64,000 nucleotides of DNA from an uncultured delta proteobacterium (lineage in GTDB: Bacteria > Myxococcota_A > Polyangia > Polyangiales > Polyangiaceae), in contig CAVOKF010000004.1 in the NCBI GenBank assembly GCA_963696385.1, positions 1 to 64,000 of the forward strand, written 5' to 3'. Shown in pieces: positions 18,746-28,831 of the stretch. Under the pieces are notes generated by a model, which was not told where the DNA came from, ran no database searches, and worked only from the letters and a program-made list of their open reading frames with translations. The position numbers and the translations under genes were made by a program. Within the stretch, counting starts at the first letter, position 1. The number at the start of each line of letters is the position of its first letter.

Positions 18746-20061
18746 GGGTGACCTCCCAAGGCGTGGGCTGGTTCGGGGTACGGGGGCAGGACGATGTCTT
18801 TCGTGACGACGACGTTGACCGCGTAGCCGGGACGCACGGTGATCGTGGGCTGCACGCTGAGGTCTCGACGCGTTAGCTGCTGACCGACCTGATTGACATT
18901 GCCGGCGGCGTTGCCGGCCCAGGTCTGTGCGACGGTCGGATTGAAGCTCGTGGTGTTTCCCGCCAGGGCTTGCGTCGTGCCGGCGAGCAGCGTCGCCACG
19001 GCGGCGCCCTTGAGGATGCGAAACCAGTGCTCGTCGACCTCGTCGGTGAGCCCCGCGGCGCCGGCGAGGTCGGCCGCCGGCATGCATTGCAGGTTGAGCG
19101 AGTCGCCGTTGGGCAGGATGAGACGGTGCCAGCAGAGCAGCACCCGCTCCTGGCCCCACGACACCCTCGAGTCGTAGTCGGCGAGCAGGCGGCTGCCTTG
19201 CGGGACGAGCAAGGTGTTGCCGCTCACCGTGTCGTAGACGTTCTCGCGAATTTGCCCGATGACGGGCCCCGGCAGATCGCTGTTGATTCCGGTGATGAGC
19301 ACGGCCGGCAGGATCGTGCCGGCCTGCAGCTCGTAGGGGCTCTCGGGATGGTGGAGGGTGGTGGCGAGCGAATCGCCGATCTTGCCGCTCGCGGCCGCCA
19401 AGAAGGCGTTCTTGCGATCCTGCGAATTGGGATCGGAGTCGGCGCCTGCCGGAACCGCAGCGGTGGACGGGGGTGCTGTCGGCGTCAGCGGGGGCGATCG
19501 CAGGGCCCCCGCTGCACGCTCGCCTTCCGCGGCTCCGCCCGGCGTCTCGAACAAAATCGGCGCGCCCTGGATGTCGCGCTCTTGCTCGACGTGATGCCGG
19601 GCGTCCTCGGGTTGCGGCGTGCGTTCGGCCACCTCGGCGCGGACCGCCCCGGCACTGGGTCGGGGCCGCGACACCGTCCTGGGCGTCGCCGACGCGTTGC
19701 GGATCGCGTCCGGCACCACGGGCGGAGCGGGTGTGCCGCTCGGCTCCGTGTGCGTGTTCACCGTCTTCGACGGCGATTGAAACGCGGAGGCGATGGCGAG
19801 CACCACAGCACCGATCAGGCACGCCACGAGCGCAACGAGCGGGCCGGTCCGAAGGGTGCGTGACGGCGGGCGCCGGAGCCGCAGACGCGGATCGTCGGGA
19901 GAGAGCTTGGGCGCGTGCGGGTCGGCGGCAGCGGTAGGCATCCCGGCCGGCTTCGGCCCGAACGAATCCGCGAGAGCCCGCGCGGGCGCGTCGATGGTGG
20001 AATCGTCGGGGACAGCGGGGGTCGACGTCGGCGATGCGATCGCGGCAGAGCCTCGGGTCAT
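18742..20061 (-). CDS. trbI: TrbI/VirB10 T4SS protein
   Basis: AGTILPAVLITGINSDLPG, VYDTVSG, WHRLILPNG, QPTITVRPG. Confidence 0.93.
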   Translation of the reverse strand: MTRGSAAIASPTSTPAVPDDSTIDAPARALADSFGPKPAGMPTAAADPHAPKLSPDDPRLRLRRPPSRTLRTGPLVALVACLIGAVVLAIASAFQSPSKTVNTHTEPSGTPAPPVVPDAIRNASATPRTVSRPRPSAGAVRAEVAERTPQPEDARHHVEQERDIQGAPILFETPGGAAEGERAAGALRSPPLTPTAPPSTAAVPAGADSDPNSQDRKNAFLAAASGKIGDSLATTLHHPESPYELQAGTILPAVLITGINSDLPGPVIGQIRENVYDTVSGNTLLVPQGSRLLADYDSRVSWGQERVLLCWHRLILPNGDSLNLQCMPAADLAGAAGLTDEVDEHWFRILKGAAVATLLAGTTQALAGNTTSFNPTVAQTWAGNAAGNVNQVGQQLTRRDLSVQPTITVRPGYAVNVVVTKDIVLPPYPEPAHALGGHP

Positions 20062-21119
20062 GGCCCGTTTCCTCCGTGGGCAAGGGGCCGAGCGGCGTCG
20101 GGGCCCCGCACGATCCGCACAATCTCTTGATCCCGCTGCCCGACGCGGAGCTCCGCGGAATCGATGAGGCGATCGATGACGTACGTGTCGCCTTTGACTC
20201 GGTAGTTGACGAGCTGGGTCTCCTTGTCGCGGAGCACGAAGAGCGCCGGCGCTTCGCGCACCAGCATCGCCGGCGGGAATCGCACGAAAGTCCGACGCCC
20301 GTCGTCGAACGCTTGCAGCGGAGTCCACGACGGGTGTCCCTGGACGACTTGAATCGCGTAATTGAAGTTGAGCGCGTCGAGGGCGACGACGGGTGCGGTC
20401 GTTCGCTCTTGGGTGGCGAGCTCGGAGGCTTGCGTTTGCAAGCGTGCGAGCTCGTCTTCCGGGTAGCGCCAGACGACCGCCGCCATGTACGTGTCGGCGT
20501 AGCTGTGGAGCTCGAGCATGTAGCTACGCCGGTCGGTGTTGATGGCGAGATTGGTCTCGAGCTCGGGCCGAGTCGGTTTGAGGTAGACGTGCCACTGCTC
20601 GACGCCGTGATCCATCGACTTGCCGAGGGCGAGCAGCCATCGAATGACATCGCCCGACGCCGGCTGTCCGAGGATCTTCTCGCCCGGCTCGAGGGCGATG
20701 TCGGTGATGCGCATGGGAGCCGCGAACACCTGGTAGAGCGAGCCGGGCTCGTACGCGTACTCGACGATGGCGTTGAACGTGTCGCTCGATGCGGGCGCCT
20801 GCGCCGCCTTGTGGTTCGCGTCGGCGACCACCTGCTGAGGCGACAGGGCTGCCTTCGGAGCGCCGCCCCCCGATTTGACCGAGCGCGTGGAATGGCCGAC
20901 AACGGTCCTCACGGGCGTGCTCGCCACGGGCTCGGGAGTCGGCGGCGGGACGCTTGCGACGACCGGCGGAGCGGGCAGCGAAGGCTCGGGGGATGGTTCC
21001 GCGCGGACGTACGTCGCCGACGTTTGCGGCGAGCGCGCGGCGCACCCGCTCCAGACGACCGGGACGACAAGAACGAACGCGTGGCGATGGACTCGAATCA
21101 TTCGAATCATTCGAATCAC
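20058..21119 (-). CDS. trbG: TrbG/VirB9 T4SS protein
   Basis: TDIALEPGE, TNLAINTDRRSY, WTPLQAFDDGRRT, LVNYRV; lipobox-like WSGC. Confidence 0.9.
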   Translation of the reverse strand: MIRMIRMIRVHRHAFVLVVPVVWSGCAARSPQTSATYVRAEPSPEPSLPAPPVVASVPPPTPEPVASTPVRTVVGHSTRSVKSGGGAPKAALSPQQVVADANHKAAQAPASSDTFNAIVEYAYEPGSLYQVFAAPMRITDIALEPGEKILGQPASGDVIRWLLALGKSMDHGVEQWHVYLKPTRPELETNLAINTDRRSYMLELHSYADTYMAAVVWRYPEDELARLQTQASELATQERTTAPVVALDALNFNYAIQVVQGHPSWTPLQAFDDGRRTFVRFPPAMLVREAPALFVLRDKETQLVNYRVKGDTYVIDRLIDSAELRVGQRDQEIVRIVRGPDAARPLAHGGNGP

Positions 21120-21799
21120 CCTCCGACCTTGTCCCAGTGCATTTCGTCGATGTAGAGGCCAATGGGGTTTTGGCTCATGGCCTCGGCGCTCTTGGGCGTT
21201 TCGAGGACGGTGCGCAGCATGGCGCGCCAGACGACCGGCGATCCGCTCGGGGTGCCGCCCTTGTCCCAGTTCGATTCGCGCCAATCGACTTGCCAGGTAT
21301 CGCCCGAGACGCGCACGGCCGAGAGAAACTCGACGGTCACGCGCTCGTCTTGCGCACGGCGGAACGGATCGTGGTCCGGGCTCTGAACGAAGGCCGAGAG
21401 CATGTTGCCCCCGCGCGGCGTGACGAGCGTGTACGCCTCGAGCCAATTGCGCTGGATGACCGCCGTGTCCGACGAGATTTCACGCGTGTCGGCGATGAAG
21501 CGCCGCAGGTGGTAGGTGATGACGGCGTCCGACGGGACGTAGCGCGTCTCGCCGACGGGGCCGCGGTACGTCGCAGCGCCCAGGCGGTCGACTTCGATGA
21601 TGTGCGGCACGGCTTTCGGCAGCCGGCCCAGGTGGATCAGGCCGCCGATGGCGAAGGTCGTCGCGCCCAAGCTCACGAACGTGGCGAGGCGCCAGTTCCG
21701 GGCGTGTACCAGTGCGCTGCCCATGCGGGCGTCCCATTCCTGGCGCGCGCGCATGTACGGAGTGTCGGGGTGGCCGTCGGGAGTCCAAGTGCCGGTCAT
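21116..21799 (-). CDS. trbF: TrbF/VirB8 T4SS protein
   Basis: TPYMRARQEWDARMG, ARNWRL, WQVDWRE, NPIGLYI. Confidence 0.93.
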   Translation of the reverse strand: MTGTWTPDGHPDTPYMRARQEWDARMGSALVHARNWRLATFVSLGATTFAIGGLIHLGRLPKAVPHIIEVDRLGAATYRGPVGETRYVPSDAVITYHLRRFIADTREISSDTAVIQRNWLEAYTLVTPRGGNMLSAFVQSPDHDPFRRAQDERVTVEFLSAVRVSGDTWQVDWRESNWDKGGTPSGSPVVWRAMLRTVLETPKSAEAMSQNPIGLYIDEMHWDKVGG

Positions 21800-21826
21800 G
21801 GGATTGCTCCGTGGGTGGTGCGGATG

Positions 21827-22996
21827 TCAGGCGCCCGTCGTTGCGGCTGCCGGTGGGGGTGACGAGGTCGCCGCGCCTGAAGCCGGAGAGACCCCGCCTG
21901 ACGCCGCCGGAGGCGCCGGGGCGGGCTTGCCGACGGCGCTCTGGACAAGCGACGCACTCGCTCCAGCGCCGGCACTCGGAGCGGAGGGTCCACCCGACTC
22001 GTCGCAGCTTTTCTTCCCTCCCGCCGCTTCCGTTGCGGTGGGAGTGCCGAGGCTCGAGGCGGCCGAAGCCAGCGAGGACGCCGCGCTCATCGAGTTCTTT
22101 CCCGCGGCGGCTGCCGCGCGCGTGGCGGCGAGCCCCGCTTTGACGCGGCTGCCGACGGCGTCGAGCGCCATGCCGGCGGCGATCGGCGCGCCGGCGGCCT
22201 GCAGCAAGTCGCCCGTGCCGAGGTGCGGCGAACCGCCGAGCAAACTCGCGGCGAGCTGCGGCGCCTTCCAGCAGAAGAACATCAGCGCGCACACGGTCAA
22301 AAGCGTCGACCAGAGATCGTTGAACGTGATGTTGGGCCCCGCGAAGCGGACGTTCTGGAGCACCGGATCGATGACGGCCATGACGAACGCCAGCACCATC
22401 AGCTTGATCGACGCCGACACGATTGCGCCCACGGCCTTCTCGGCCAGAAACTTGGTCGGCGCGAGAAGACCAAAGGGCAGGAAGATCCCGACCAGCGCCG
22501 CGAACAGGTAGTACTCGAGCACAGCCAAAAAGACCTGGATGGCCATGATGAGAAAGCAGGCCAGAATCGCGATGTAGCCGAACTCGAACACGACCCATTC
22601 CGACACGTCGGGCAGCCCCAAGTCGGCGATCTTCTGGGTGAGCGGCGCGGTCGCGTCGAGGCCGTAGCCGGCGATGCGCGACGGATCCAGGATGAGGCTC
22701 GCGTCGCCGCCGCCGCCGGCCGCCAGACCGGCCTGCACGAGCGAATCGACGAACGCTTTGCAGAGTGTCGGATACGACTGGACGATCCAGACCCACATGC
22801 CAATGTGCAGGATCTTCTTGAAGACATAGGCGAGGTTGTCGCCGCCGCCGAGTGCGGTCCAAAGACCCAGGAGCACGACCTCGATGGCGATGAGGATCGC
22901 GAGCAGACTCTGGGCCGCGCCCTGCAGGCGGCCGTAGCCACCCGAGAAGGCGGTGATGAAGTGCTGCAAGGTCAAGGTCAGAGTGTTGAACTTCAA
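21827..22996 (-). CDS. trbL: TrbL/VirB6 T4SS protein
   Basis: Polytopic; DPSRI...G, IQVFLAVLEYYL, PFGLLAPTKFLAEKA; Gly/Ala-rich tail. Confidence 0.9.
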   Translation of the reverse strand: MKFNTLTLTLQHFITAFSGGYGRLQGAAQSLLAILIAIEVVLLGLWTALGGGDNLAYVFKKILHIGMWVWIVQSYPTLCKAFVDSLVQAGLAAGGGGDASLILDPSRIAGYGLDATAPLTQKIADLGLPDVSEWVVFEFGYIAILACFLIMAIQVFLAVLEYYLFAALVGIFLPFGLLAPTKFLAEKAVGAIVSASIKLMVLAFVMAVIDPVLQNVRFAGPNITFNDLWSTLLTVCALMFFCWKAPQLAASLLGGSPHLGTGDLLQAAGAPIAAGMALDAVGSRVKAGLAATRAAAAAGKNSMSAASSLASAASSLGTPTATEAAGGKKSCDESGGPSAPSAGAGASASLVQSAVGKPAPAPPAASGGVSPASGAATSSPPPAAATTGA

Positions 22997-23008
22997 AGGG
23001 TCCTCCTG

Positions 23009-23770
23009 TCAGGGCAAGCTCGTGGGCACGACGACGGGCGAGCCCTTGTCGGTGTATCCGGCGCGGTTGTCGGTCTTTTTCGCAAGCGAGAGCTGCTGCT
23101 CGGACGCCCCGGCGGCCGCCACGTCGGTCAAGACGCGGCCGGTGGTCGACAGCGTTTGATTGATGAGTGCCAGCTGGGCGTTGGTGATGCCGATCATCTG
23201 CACGACGAGCTCGAGCTGCCCGACGATGCCGCTCTGGGCTTGCGACTGCTGAAGGATCGATTGCGTCTGCTGGGCATGGCCGTCGAGGATCGCGAGGTCC
23301 GTCTGCTGGCGAGACGCGATCTGTGCGGCGCCAAGGATCTCTTGGTGCCAGGCTTGCAGGGCCTGCGTGTGCTGCGCGACGGTCGTGCCCGGCGCGGGTA
23401 CATTCGACGGAAAGAGCTCTTGGTACTCGGAGTCGATCCGGCCGAGCGAATACGTCATCGAGCGAACGCCCGAGGTGAGCGTGTTGTAGGAGGCGCGCGC
23501 CGTGCCGATGAACTGCAAGAGCGCGGGGAAGGACCCCGAGCCGACCGCCTTGAGCATCGTCGTCATCAGGCGCACTTCGTTGACGATCTGCGTGAGCATC
23601 GACGCGAGGTTCGAGACCTGCATGATCGACTGGACGAGAATGCCGGCCAGAAGCGGCAGGTCTCCGCCGAACAGATCCGCGCGCGCAGACGCGCTGCGCG
23701 TCACGTCCCCGGTGAGAGCGGCGCACGCCAAAGCACCCGAGAGGAGGCGTCGTCGGGTGAGCGTCTTCAT
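23009..23770 (-). CDS. trbJ: TrbJ/VirB5-like T4SS protein
   Basis: Signal peptide, Gln-rich helical body, position between trbE and trbL. Confidence 0.7.
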   Translation of the reverse strand: MKTLTRRRLLSGALACAALTGDVTRSASARADLFGGDLPLLAGILVQSIMQVSNLASMLTQIVNEVRLMTTMLKAVGSGSFPALLQFIGTARASYNTLTSGVRSMTYSLGRIDSEYQELFPSNVPAPGTTVAQHTQALQAWHQEILGAAQIASRQQTDLAILDGHAQQTQSILQQSQAQSGIVGQLELVVQMIGITNAQLALINQTLSTTGRVLTDVAAAGASEQQLSLAKKTDNRAGYTDKGSPVVVPTSLP

Positions 23771-26676
23771 GGCGCGGGGCTCCGGGTAACGGGCATGCGG
23801 AGCGTCGCGGCGTCTTCGGCCAGGATGTCGACGCCGGAAGCGATCTCGACAATCTCCGCCTCGAGACGGACGGGGGGCCACTCCACCGTCGGGGCGTCCT
23901 CGACAACGACGTCGTAGAGGCCGCGGGTCCGGACCTCCGGGGCCTCGGCCTCGAAGTTCATGGGGAGCATCTCCACGGTCGGGGCGTCCTCGACAACGAT
24001 GTCGTATAGGCCGCGGGTCGGGATCTCCGCGGCCTCGGCCTCGAGGTTCATGGGGAGCATCTCCACGGTCGGGGCGTCCTCGACAACGATGTCGTATAGG
24101 CCGCGGGTCGGGATCTCCGCGGCCTCGGCCTCGAGGTTCATGGGGAGCATCTCCACGGTCGGGGCGTCCTCGATGGCGACGTCGTAAGCGCCACGGGCCG
24201 GTGCAACGGAAGGGCCGGCGGCGGCGCTCTCTCGCTCGCGGCGAAGCACCGCGGCCGCCCAGTCGACGCCGCGCCGCTCGAGCATCGCGGGCGCGTATTC
24301 CCATGCGGGGTGGGACGCGGTGAGCTCGTCGAGCCGACGCTGGTCGGTTTCGCTCGAGGCGCCCACGAAGGCGAGTGCCGCGGGTCCCAAGCCCAGCTGA
24401 AAGAGCCGCCGCCCCTTGACGGAGCGATAGTAGTAGTCGCGCTTCTTCTGCGCTTTGGCGAGGATGCCGATCTCGGCGGTCGTCAAGCCGACGGCCTGGT
24501 AGGCCGCCGTCATCGCCGGCGTCAGGGCCTCGTCGTCGGGCAAGAAGATCTTGGTGTGGCAGGCCGACAGGATCGTGGACAAGAGCTCGGGCTTGCTCGC
24601 GGCGTCGGCCACTTCCTGGGTCGCGAAGACGACGTAGACGTTCTTTTTGCGCAGAGTCTTCAGCCACGCCTGAAGGCGCCGCGCGAAGACCGGGTGACTG
24701 AGGAAAAGCCACGCTTCGTCGACGATGAGGAGCGTCGGCTGCCCCAGGAACTGCCGCTCGACGCGGTGAAACAGGTATTCGAGCGCCGGCAGGACGACCG
24801 CTCCGCCGAGGCTCATGAGGTGCCCCATTTCAATCATCGTCCACGGCGCGTCGTGGAGATCGTCGCGGTCGGCGTCGAAGATTTGGCCGAAGTTGCCGTC
24901 GAGCGTGTAGGGACGCAGGGCGTCCCGCAGTCGTCGATCCCGCGAGCCGAGGTGGCTCGCCAAAAGCGTCAGCGTCCGCTCCTGGCGCGGAGCATTCGCG
25001 AGTGCCCGCAGCGTCTCGTCGATGGCGGACTGGATCCCGGGATCGACCGCCACGCCCTGGGCCGCGAGCAGCGTCGCCACGAACCCCGCGGCCCAAACGC
25101 GCTCGGAGGCCTGGTCGATGTCGCCGAGCGGCTGAAAGGCGACGGGCGCCCGCTCGCTGCCCGGCTCGTAGCACGCGCCCCCCACGGCGAGCGTCGCGGC
25201 TCGAGCCGATCGGTCCTTGTCGAAAATCACAACCTGCGCGCCCGGGTACTTCAACCATCCGAGGGCCAGCATTCCGAGTAACGTCGACTTGCCCGCACCG
25301 GTCGGACCGATGACGAGCGTGTGGCCTACGTCTCCGACCGCCAGGTGCAAGCGAAACGGCGTCGAACCGGTGGTGCTGCAGGTCAGGTGCGCCGCCCCCA
25401 CCCCAGAGACACGTTCGAGATGCCGATTGACCGGCTCGCCGGCCCACACGGCGCTCAGCGGCATCAAGTGCGCGAGATTCATCGAGCTCACGATCGGGCG
25501 GCGCACGTTCGCGTAGACGTGGCCGGGCAAACTCCCAAGCCACGCCTCGGTCGAATTGAGCGTCTCGTCACGAACGGTGAATCCGAGCGACTGGATCGTC
25601 TCTTTGACCCGCTGGGCCTTGCGCCGCGCGAGCTCGAGATCGCGATCCCAGACCGTGACCGTCGTCGTCAGGTACCCGAACGACACGAGATCGTCGCCGA
25701 GCTCTTGAAGGGCGGCGTCCGCATCGGCGGCCTTGTTCGCCGCGGCGTTGTCGATGAGGGCGGCTTCTTCTCGGCTCGCCTCCTCCTTGATCATCGTCCA
25801 GAGGCCTTTGCGCTTGGCCCACCACTGTTTTCGGTACTTCTCGACGAGCGACTTGGCCTCGAGCTTGTCGAGGCACAGGTACCGCGTCATCCAGCGGTAT
25901 TCGGTCTGCAGGTGGTTGAGCGCGTCGAGCAACCCGGGGAACGTCGACCCCGGGAAGCCCGCGATCGTGAGCGTGCAGAGGAAATGGTCGCCGAGCATCG
26001 GCACGTCGCCCGGCGACAACGGCATGTCGGGCAAGAGCGCGTCCAAGTACATCGGCGTCTCAGGAGCCCGCACGGGATGGCGATGCGTCGAAATCGTGCT
26101 GTGCAGGTAGGCGAGCGTTTGGTCGTCATCGAGGGCAGCCACCTCCGGCAAGACCCCCGACAGGATGTCGACGATTTCGGCCACGGCCTTCTGGAAGTGC
26201 CGGAGCTCTCGGGACAGCGCCGTGCGCTCGTCGGCCGCGCGGCCACCCCCCTCGTCGAAGAAGAAGGCCGCGGCGCGCGTCTGGCGCTCGGGCGGCAGCC
26301 GCCACGTGAAGGTCAGGTAGTAGCTCGACTCGTAATGGGCGCCGGCGTACTCAAACGCGGTTTGGCGTTCGAGATCGACCACGGCCGCCGCGGGGTGCGA
26401 CCATTGCGATCGCGGGTAGGCGCTCGACTCGAAGCGCTGCGCTTCGATGAAGAGGCCCCAGCCGGACCCAAGCCGTCGAAGGGCGTTATGGATCCGGGCA
26501 CTCGCCGAGACGAGCTCCGAGTCGAGCGCGCTCGACAAATCCGGTCCCCGAAAGGCCACCGTCTTCTGGAAGACGGCGTCCTTTTGCAAGACGACTCCGG
26601 GGGCGATGAGACAAGCCCAGGGCAGCCGGTCCGGCAACCGGCGCGTCGGTTCTTGGTATTCACGGAGGGAGAGCAT
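23767..26676 (-). CDS. trbE: TrbE/VirB4 ATPase with C-terminal acidic repeat extension
   Basis: LPWACLIAPGVVLQKD, GHTLVIGPTGAGKS, LLIVDEAW, WLKTLRKKNVYVVFATQ. Confidence 0.95.
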   Translation of the reverse strand: MLSLREYQEPTRRLPDRLPWACLIAPGVVLQKDAVFQKTVAFRGPDLSSALDSELVSASARIHNALRRLGSGWGLFIEAQRFESSAYPRSQWSHPAAAVVDLERQTAFEYAGAHYESSYYLTFTWRLPPERQTRAAAFFFDEGGGRAADERTALSRELRHFQKAVAEIVDILSGVLPEVAALDDDQTLAYLHSTISTHRHPVRAPETPMYLDALLPDMPLSPGDVPMLGDHFLCTLTIAGFPGSTFPGLLDALNHLQTEYRWMTRYLCLDKLEAKSLVEKYRKQWWAKRKGLWTMIKEEASREEAALIDNAAANKAADADAALQELGDDLVSFGYLTTTVTVWDRDLELARRKAQRVKETIQSLGFTVRDETLNSTEAWLGSLPGHVYANVRRPIVSSMNLAHLMPLSAVWAGEPVNRHLERVSGVGAAHLTCSTTGSTPFRLHLAVGDVGHTLVIGPTGAGKSTLLGMLALGWLKYPGAQVVIFDKDRSARAATLAVGGACYEPGSERAPVAFQPLGDIDQASERVWAAGFVATLLAAQGVAVDPGIQSAIDETLRALANAPRQERTLTLLASHLGSRDRRLRDALRPYTLDGNFGQIFDADRDDLHDAPWTMIEMGHLMSLGGAVVLPALEYLFHRVERQFLGQPTLLIVDEAWLFLSHPVFARRLQAWLKTLRKKNVYVVFATQEVADAASKPELLSTILSACHTKIFLPDDEALTPAMTAAYQAVGLTTAEIGILAKAQKKRDYYYRSVKGRRLFQLGLGPAALAFVGASSETDQRRLDELTASHPAWEYAPAMLERRGVDWAAAVLRRERESAAAGPSVAPARGAYDVAIEDAPTVEMLPMNLEAEAAEIPTRGLYDIVVEDAPTVEMLPMNLEAEAAEIPTRGLYDIVVEDAPTVEMLPMNFEAEAPEVRTRGLYDVVVEDAPTVEWPPVRLEAEIVEIASGVDILAEDAATLRMPVTRSPAP
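23881..24186. repeat. 90-bp tandem repeat x3.4 in the trbE 3' end
   Basis: CTCCACSGTCGGGGCGTCCTCGA at 23881, 23971, 24061, 24151; encodes YDIVVEDAPTVEMLPMNLEAEAAEIPTRGL. Confidence 0.95.
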
Positions 26677-26688
26677 GGGTGTGACCTT

Positions 26689-26946
26689 TCAGGGTTCGAG
26701 ACGTCGTTGGGTTTTCACGGCAAGGATCACGATGTCGAAGAAGTACGGGTCGGCCTTGGTGACGGCGGCCGCCGCCGCGTGCAGGCCCATGCCGAGGGGA
26801 AAGACCCACAGCTGGTGCAGGCCGAAGGCGATGGCGCCGACACCCGTCCAGAGGACCAGCGCGACGGTCCGCGGAAGCCCTGCGAGCAACATCGGCTCGA
26901 CAAGCGACCGGTGCAGCGGCACCTCGAACCCTTCCGGGCGGGTCAT
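26689..26946 (-). CDS. trbD: TrbD/VirB3 T4SS protein
   Basis: GFEVPLHRSLVEPMLLAGLPR...KADPYFFD. Confidence 0.9.
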   Translation of the reverse strand: MTRPEGFEVPLHRSLVEPMLLAGLPRTVALVLWTGVGAIAFGLHQLWVFPLGMGLHAAAAAVTKADPYFFDIVILAVKTQRRLEP

Positions 26947-27317
26947 ACGAGAAGCCCTCCGGAGAAGCCGAGAAACCCCAGGCCCCAGGACACAGCGTTG
27001 AAGGCGATCGCCAGGCCCAAAACGACCCAGAGGGCCTTGCGCATCATCGAGCCGCCTTCCGAGAACGCAATCCCGACGCCGAGGCCGATGATCGCCACGG
27101 CGCCCACCACGCGCGACACGGGACCGGTGAGCGAGTCGAGCAGCTGGTTGAGCGGTCCCTCCCAGGGCATGCCGCCGCCGACGGTGCCGGAATGGGCCGT
27201 GGCCGTGGCCACCAGCAGCAAGAGCAGGATAAGGACGACTTGGGTGATACGCGTTCGGAGGCGCGCGGAGTCGTTGGACGAGGGGGGTGCGGGCAAAGAC
27301 GGAGAGTGAGAAATCAT
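26943..27317 (-). CDS. trbC: TrbC/VirB2 pilin
   Basis: GGGMPWEGPLNQLLDSLTGPV plus two hydrophobic segments. Confidence 0.92.
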   Translation of the reverse strand: MISHSPSLPAPPSSNDSARLRTRITQVVLILLLLLVATATAHSGTVGGGMPWEGPLNQLLDSLTGPVSRVVGAVAIIGLGVGIAFSEGGSMMRKALWVVLGLAIAFNAVSWGLGFLGFSGGLLV

Positions 27318-27343
27318 GGCGGGGTCCTTTCCGGTGGCGGCGA

Positions 27344-28315
27344 TCAGGCGATGCGCTCGAGTTTCCAGCCGCCATCCGAAGTGCGACCGCAGACGCGGTC
27401 GAGTCCCGAAAGGCGACGGCCGGCGGGGTGCGTCGTGTCGCGCCGGATGTGCGCGCAGACCTGGATGGTCTGAGCCACCAGCGCTCGGGGCGCGGGGTAG
27501 ACGACTTCTTCGATGAGCTGACAGACGCGGTCGAGCATCGAGCGCGTGTCGTTCGCGTGGATGGTGGCGAGACCCCCAGGGTGGCCCGTGTTCCAGGCCT
27601 TGAGCAGTTCGAGAGCGCTGCCGTCTCGCACCTCACCCACGAGGATGCGGTCCGGGCGAAACCGCATCGCGGCCATGATGGCGTCGCGCCACGAGTGCAC
27701 CCCCGGCTGCACGAGAATCTGGAGCTTATTGGGCGCTTCGCACTGGATCTCCGGTGTGTCCTCTATGATGTGGACGCGATCGCTCGTGTCCCGGGCGATG
27801 ACCTGCACCAGGGCATTGGCGAGTGTGGTTTTGCCCGATCCGGTGCCGCCGCCGATGAGGATGTTGTCCCGAGCCTGGACCGCGAAGGCGAGCGCATCGC
27901 GCTCGGCGGGCGAGAGGATCCCTGCGCGCACGTAATCCTCGAGCGAGAACACCCGCCGAGCCGGCATGCGCAATGCGAATACCGGCGTATCCACGATCGG
28001 CGGAATGGCGGCCTGCAAGCGTGCACGCCAGGGCGGCGGCAGCTTCGCCGAGAGCGATGGGTGCTCGGCGTTGAGCTCGACGCGCATCTCGGAGGCGACC
28101 AGGCGCAGCAGCCGCTCCGCTTGCAGGGGCGCCATGCTCCCAGCTGTGCGCATGGGTCCGTCGCCGAGTCGGTCCACCCAGACGACGCCGTCCGCGTTGA
28201 GCATGATCTCGACGACGCGCTCGTCGCCGAGCAACGCCACGAGCGGCCCGAGTGCGCTCTGCAGCGCATCGGTACGCCGTGTCTGGCTTTCGGATGGTTG
28301 GCTGTCGACAAACAT
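27344..28315 (-). CDS. trbB: TrbB/VirB11 ATPase
   Basis: VVEIMLNADG, GGTGSGKTT, IEDTPE, MRFRPDRILVGEVR, WNTGHPGG. Confidence 0.95.
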   Translation of the reverse strand: MFVDSQPSESQTRRTDALQSALGPLVALLGDERVVEIMLNADGVVWVDRLGDGPMRTAGSMAPLQAERLLRLVASEMRVELNAEHPSLSAKLPPPWRARLQAAIPPIVDTPVFALRMPARRVFSLEDYVRAGILSPAERDALAFAVQARDNILIGGGTGSGKTTLANALVQVIARDTSDRVHIIEDTPEIQCEAPNKLQILVQPGVHSWRDAIMAAMRFRPDRILVGEVRDGSALELLKAWNTGHPGGLATIHANDTRSMLDRVCQLIEEVVYPAPRALVAQTIQVCAHIRRDTTHPAGRRLSGLDRVCGRTSDGGWKLERIA

Positions 28316-28680
28316 GGGTCCTTCCCTCGCGTGACCGTGAAGGCGAATGCGTGAAACCTCTCGACGGGAAAGGCAGAAATGTCCCGTCAGAGCGTTATGG
28401 TGATTGGATCGGAGCCGGCTATGCGGCTATCGGGCGTCGATCGTGGCCATTGCAGCGGGAGTGCAGATCGAGACGCCGGTCGCCCGGCGCGGAGCGCGCT
28501 GAGTGGGTAAGCCGGGTGGGCGCGGGCAGAAAGGGGACTCGGAGACTTTTGACGCGGAGGGGACCGTGCGCGGGTTATGCGTTGGAGCATGCCCCGGGTG
28601 GAGCAACGACCGGGCCAAGGCACGGGCGGAAGCTAAGTAATGGAAAGGATGGAATTCGGCATTCTTCAATCGACCCGAAA

Positions 28681-28701
28681 ACCGGTCATCGCTTGACCGG
28701 T
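28681..28701. promoter_or_regulatory. Palindromic GGTCA-N5-TGACC box upstream of trbB
   Basis: ACCGGTCA-TCGCT-TGACCGGT; similar box at 33473-33489. Confidence 0.4.
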
Positions 28702-28831
28702 TCGATCGAAAATTGACCGGTTATTTCGATGACGCTTTGCGCCATTGGCTCTTCTTTCGGGGCGGGAATGAGCGGGAGCTGCGCCGTGATTTCGGGCTCA
28801 GCGATGCTCGCCCCGGAGGCGCTGGCTCACG

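Noticed and set aside
18194..20902. Very long Arg/Pro-rich ORFs such as the 902-aa, 808-aa, 894-aa and 662-aa frames
   Set aside because: Shadow frames of high-GC genes; at most their terminal parts (traF, CBM-like lipoprotein) are real.
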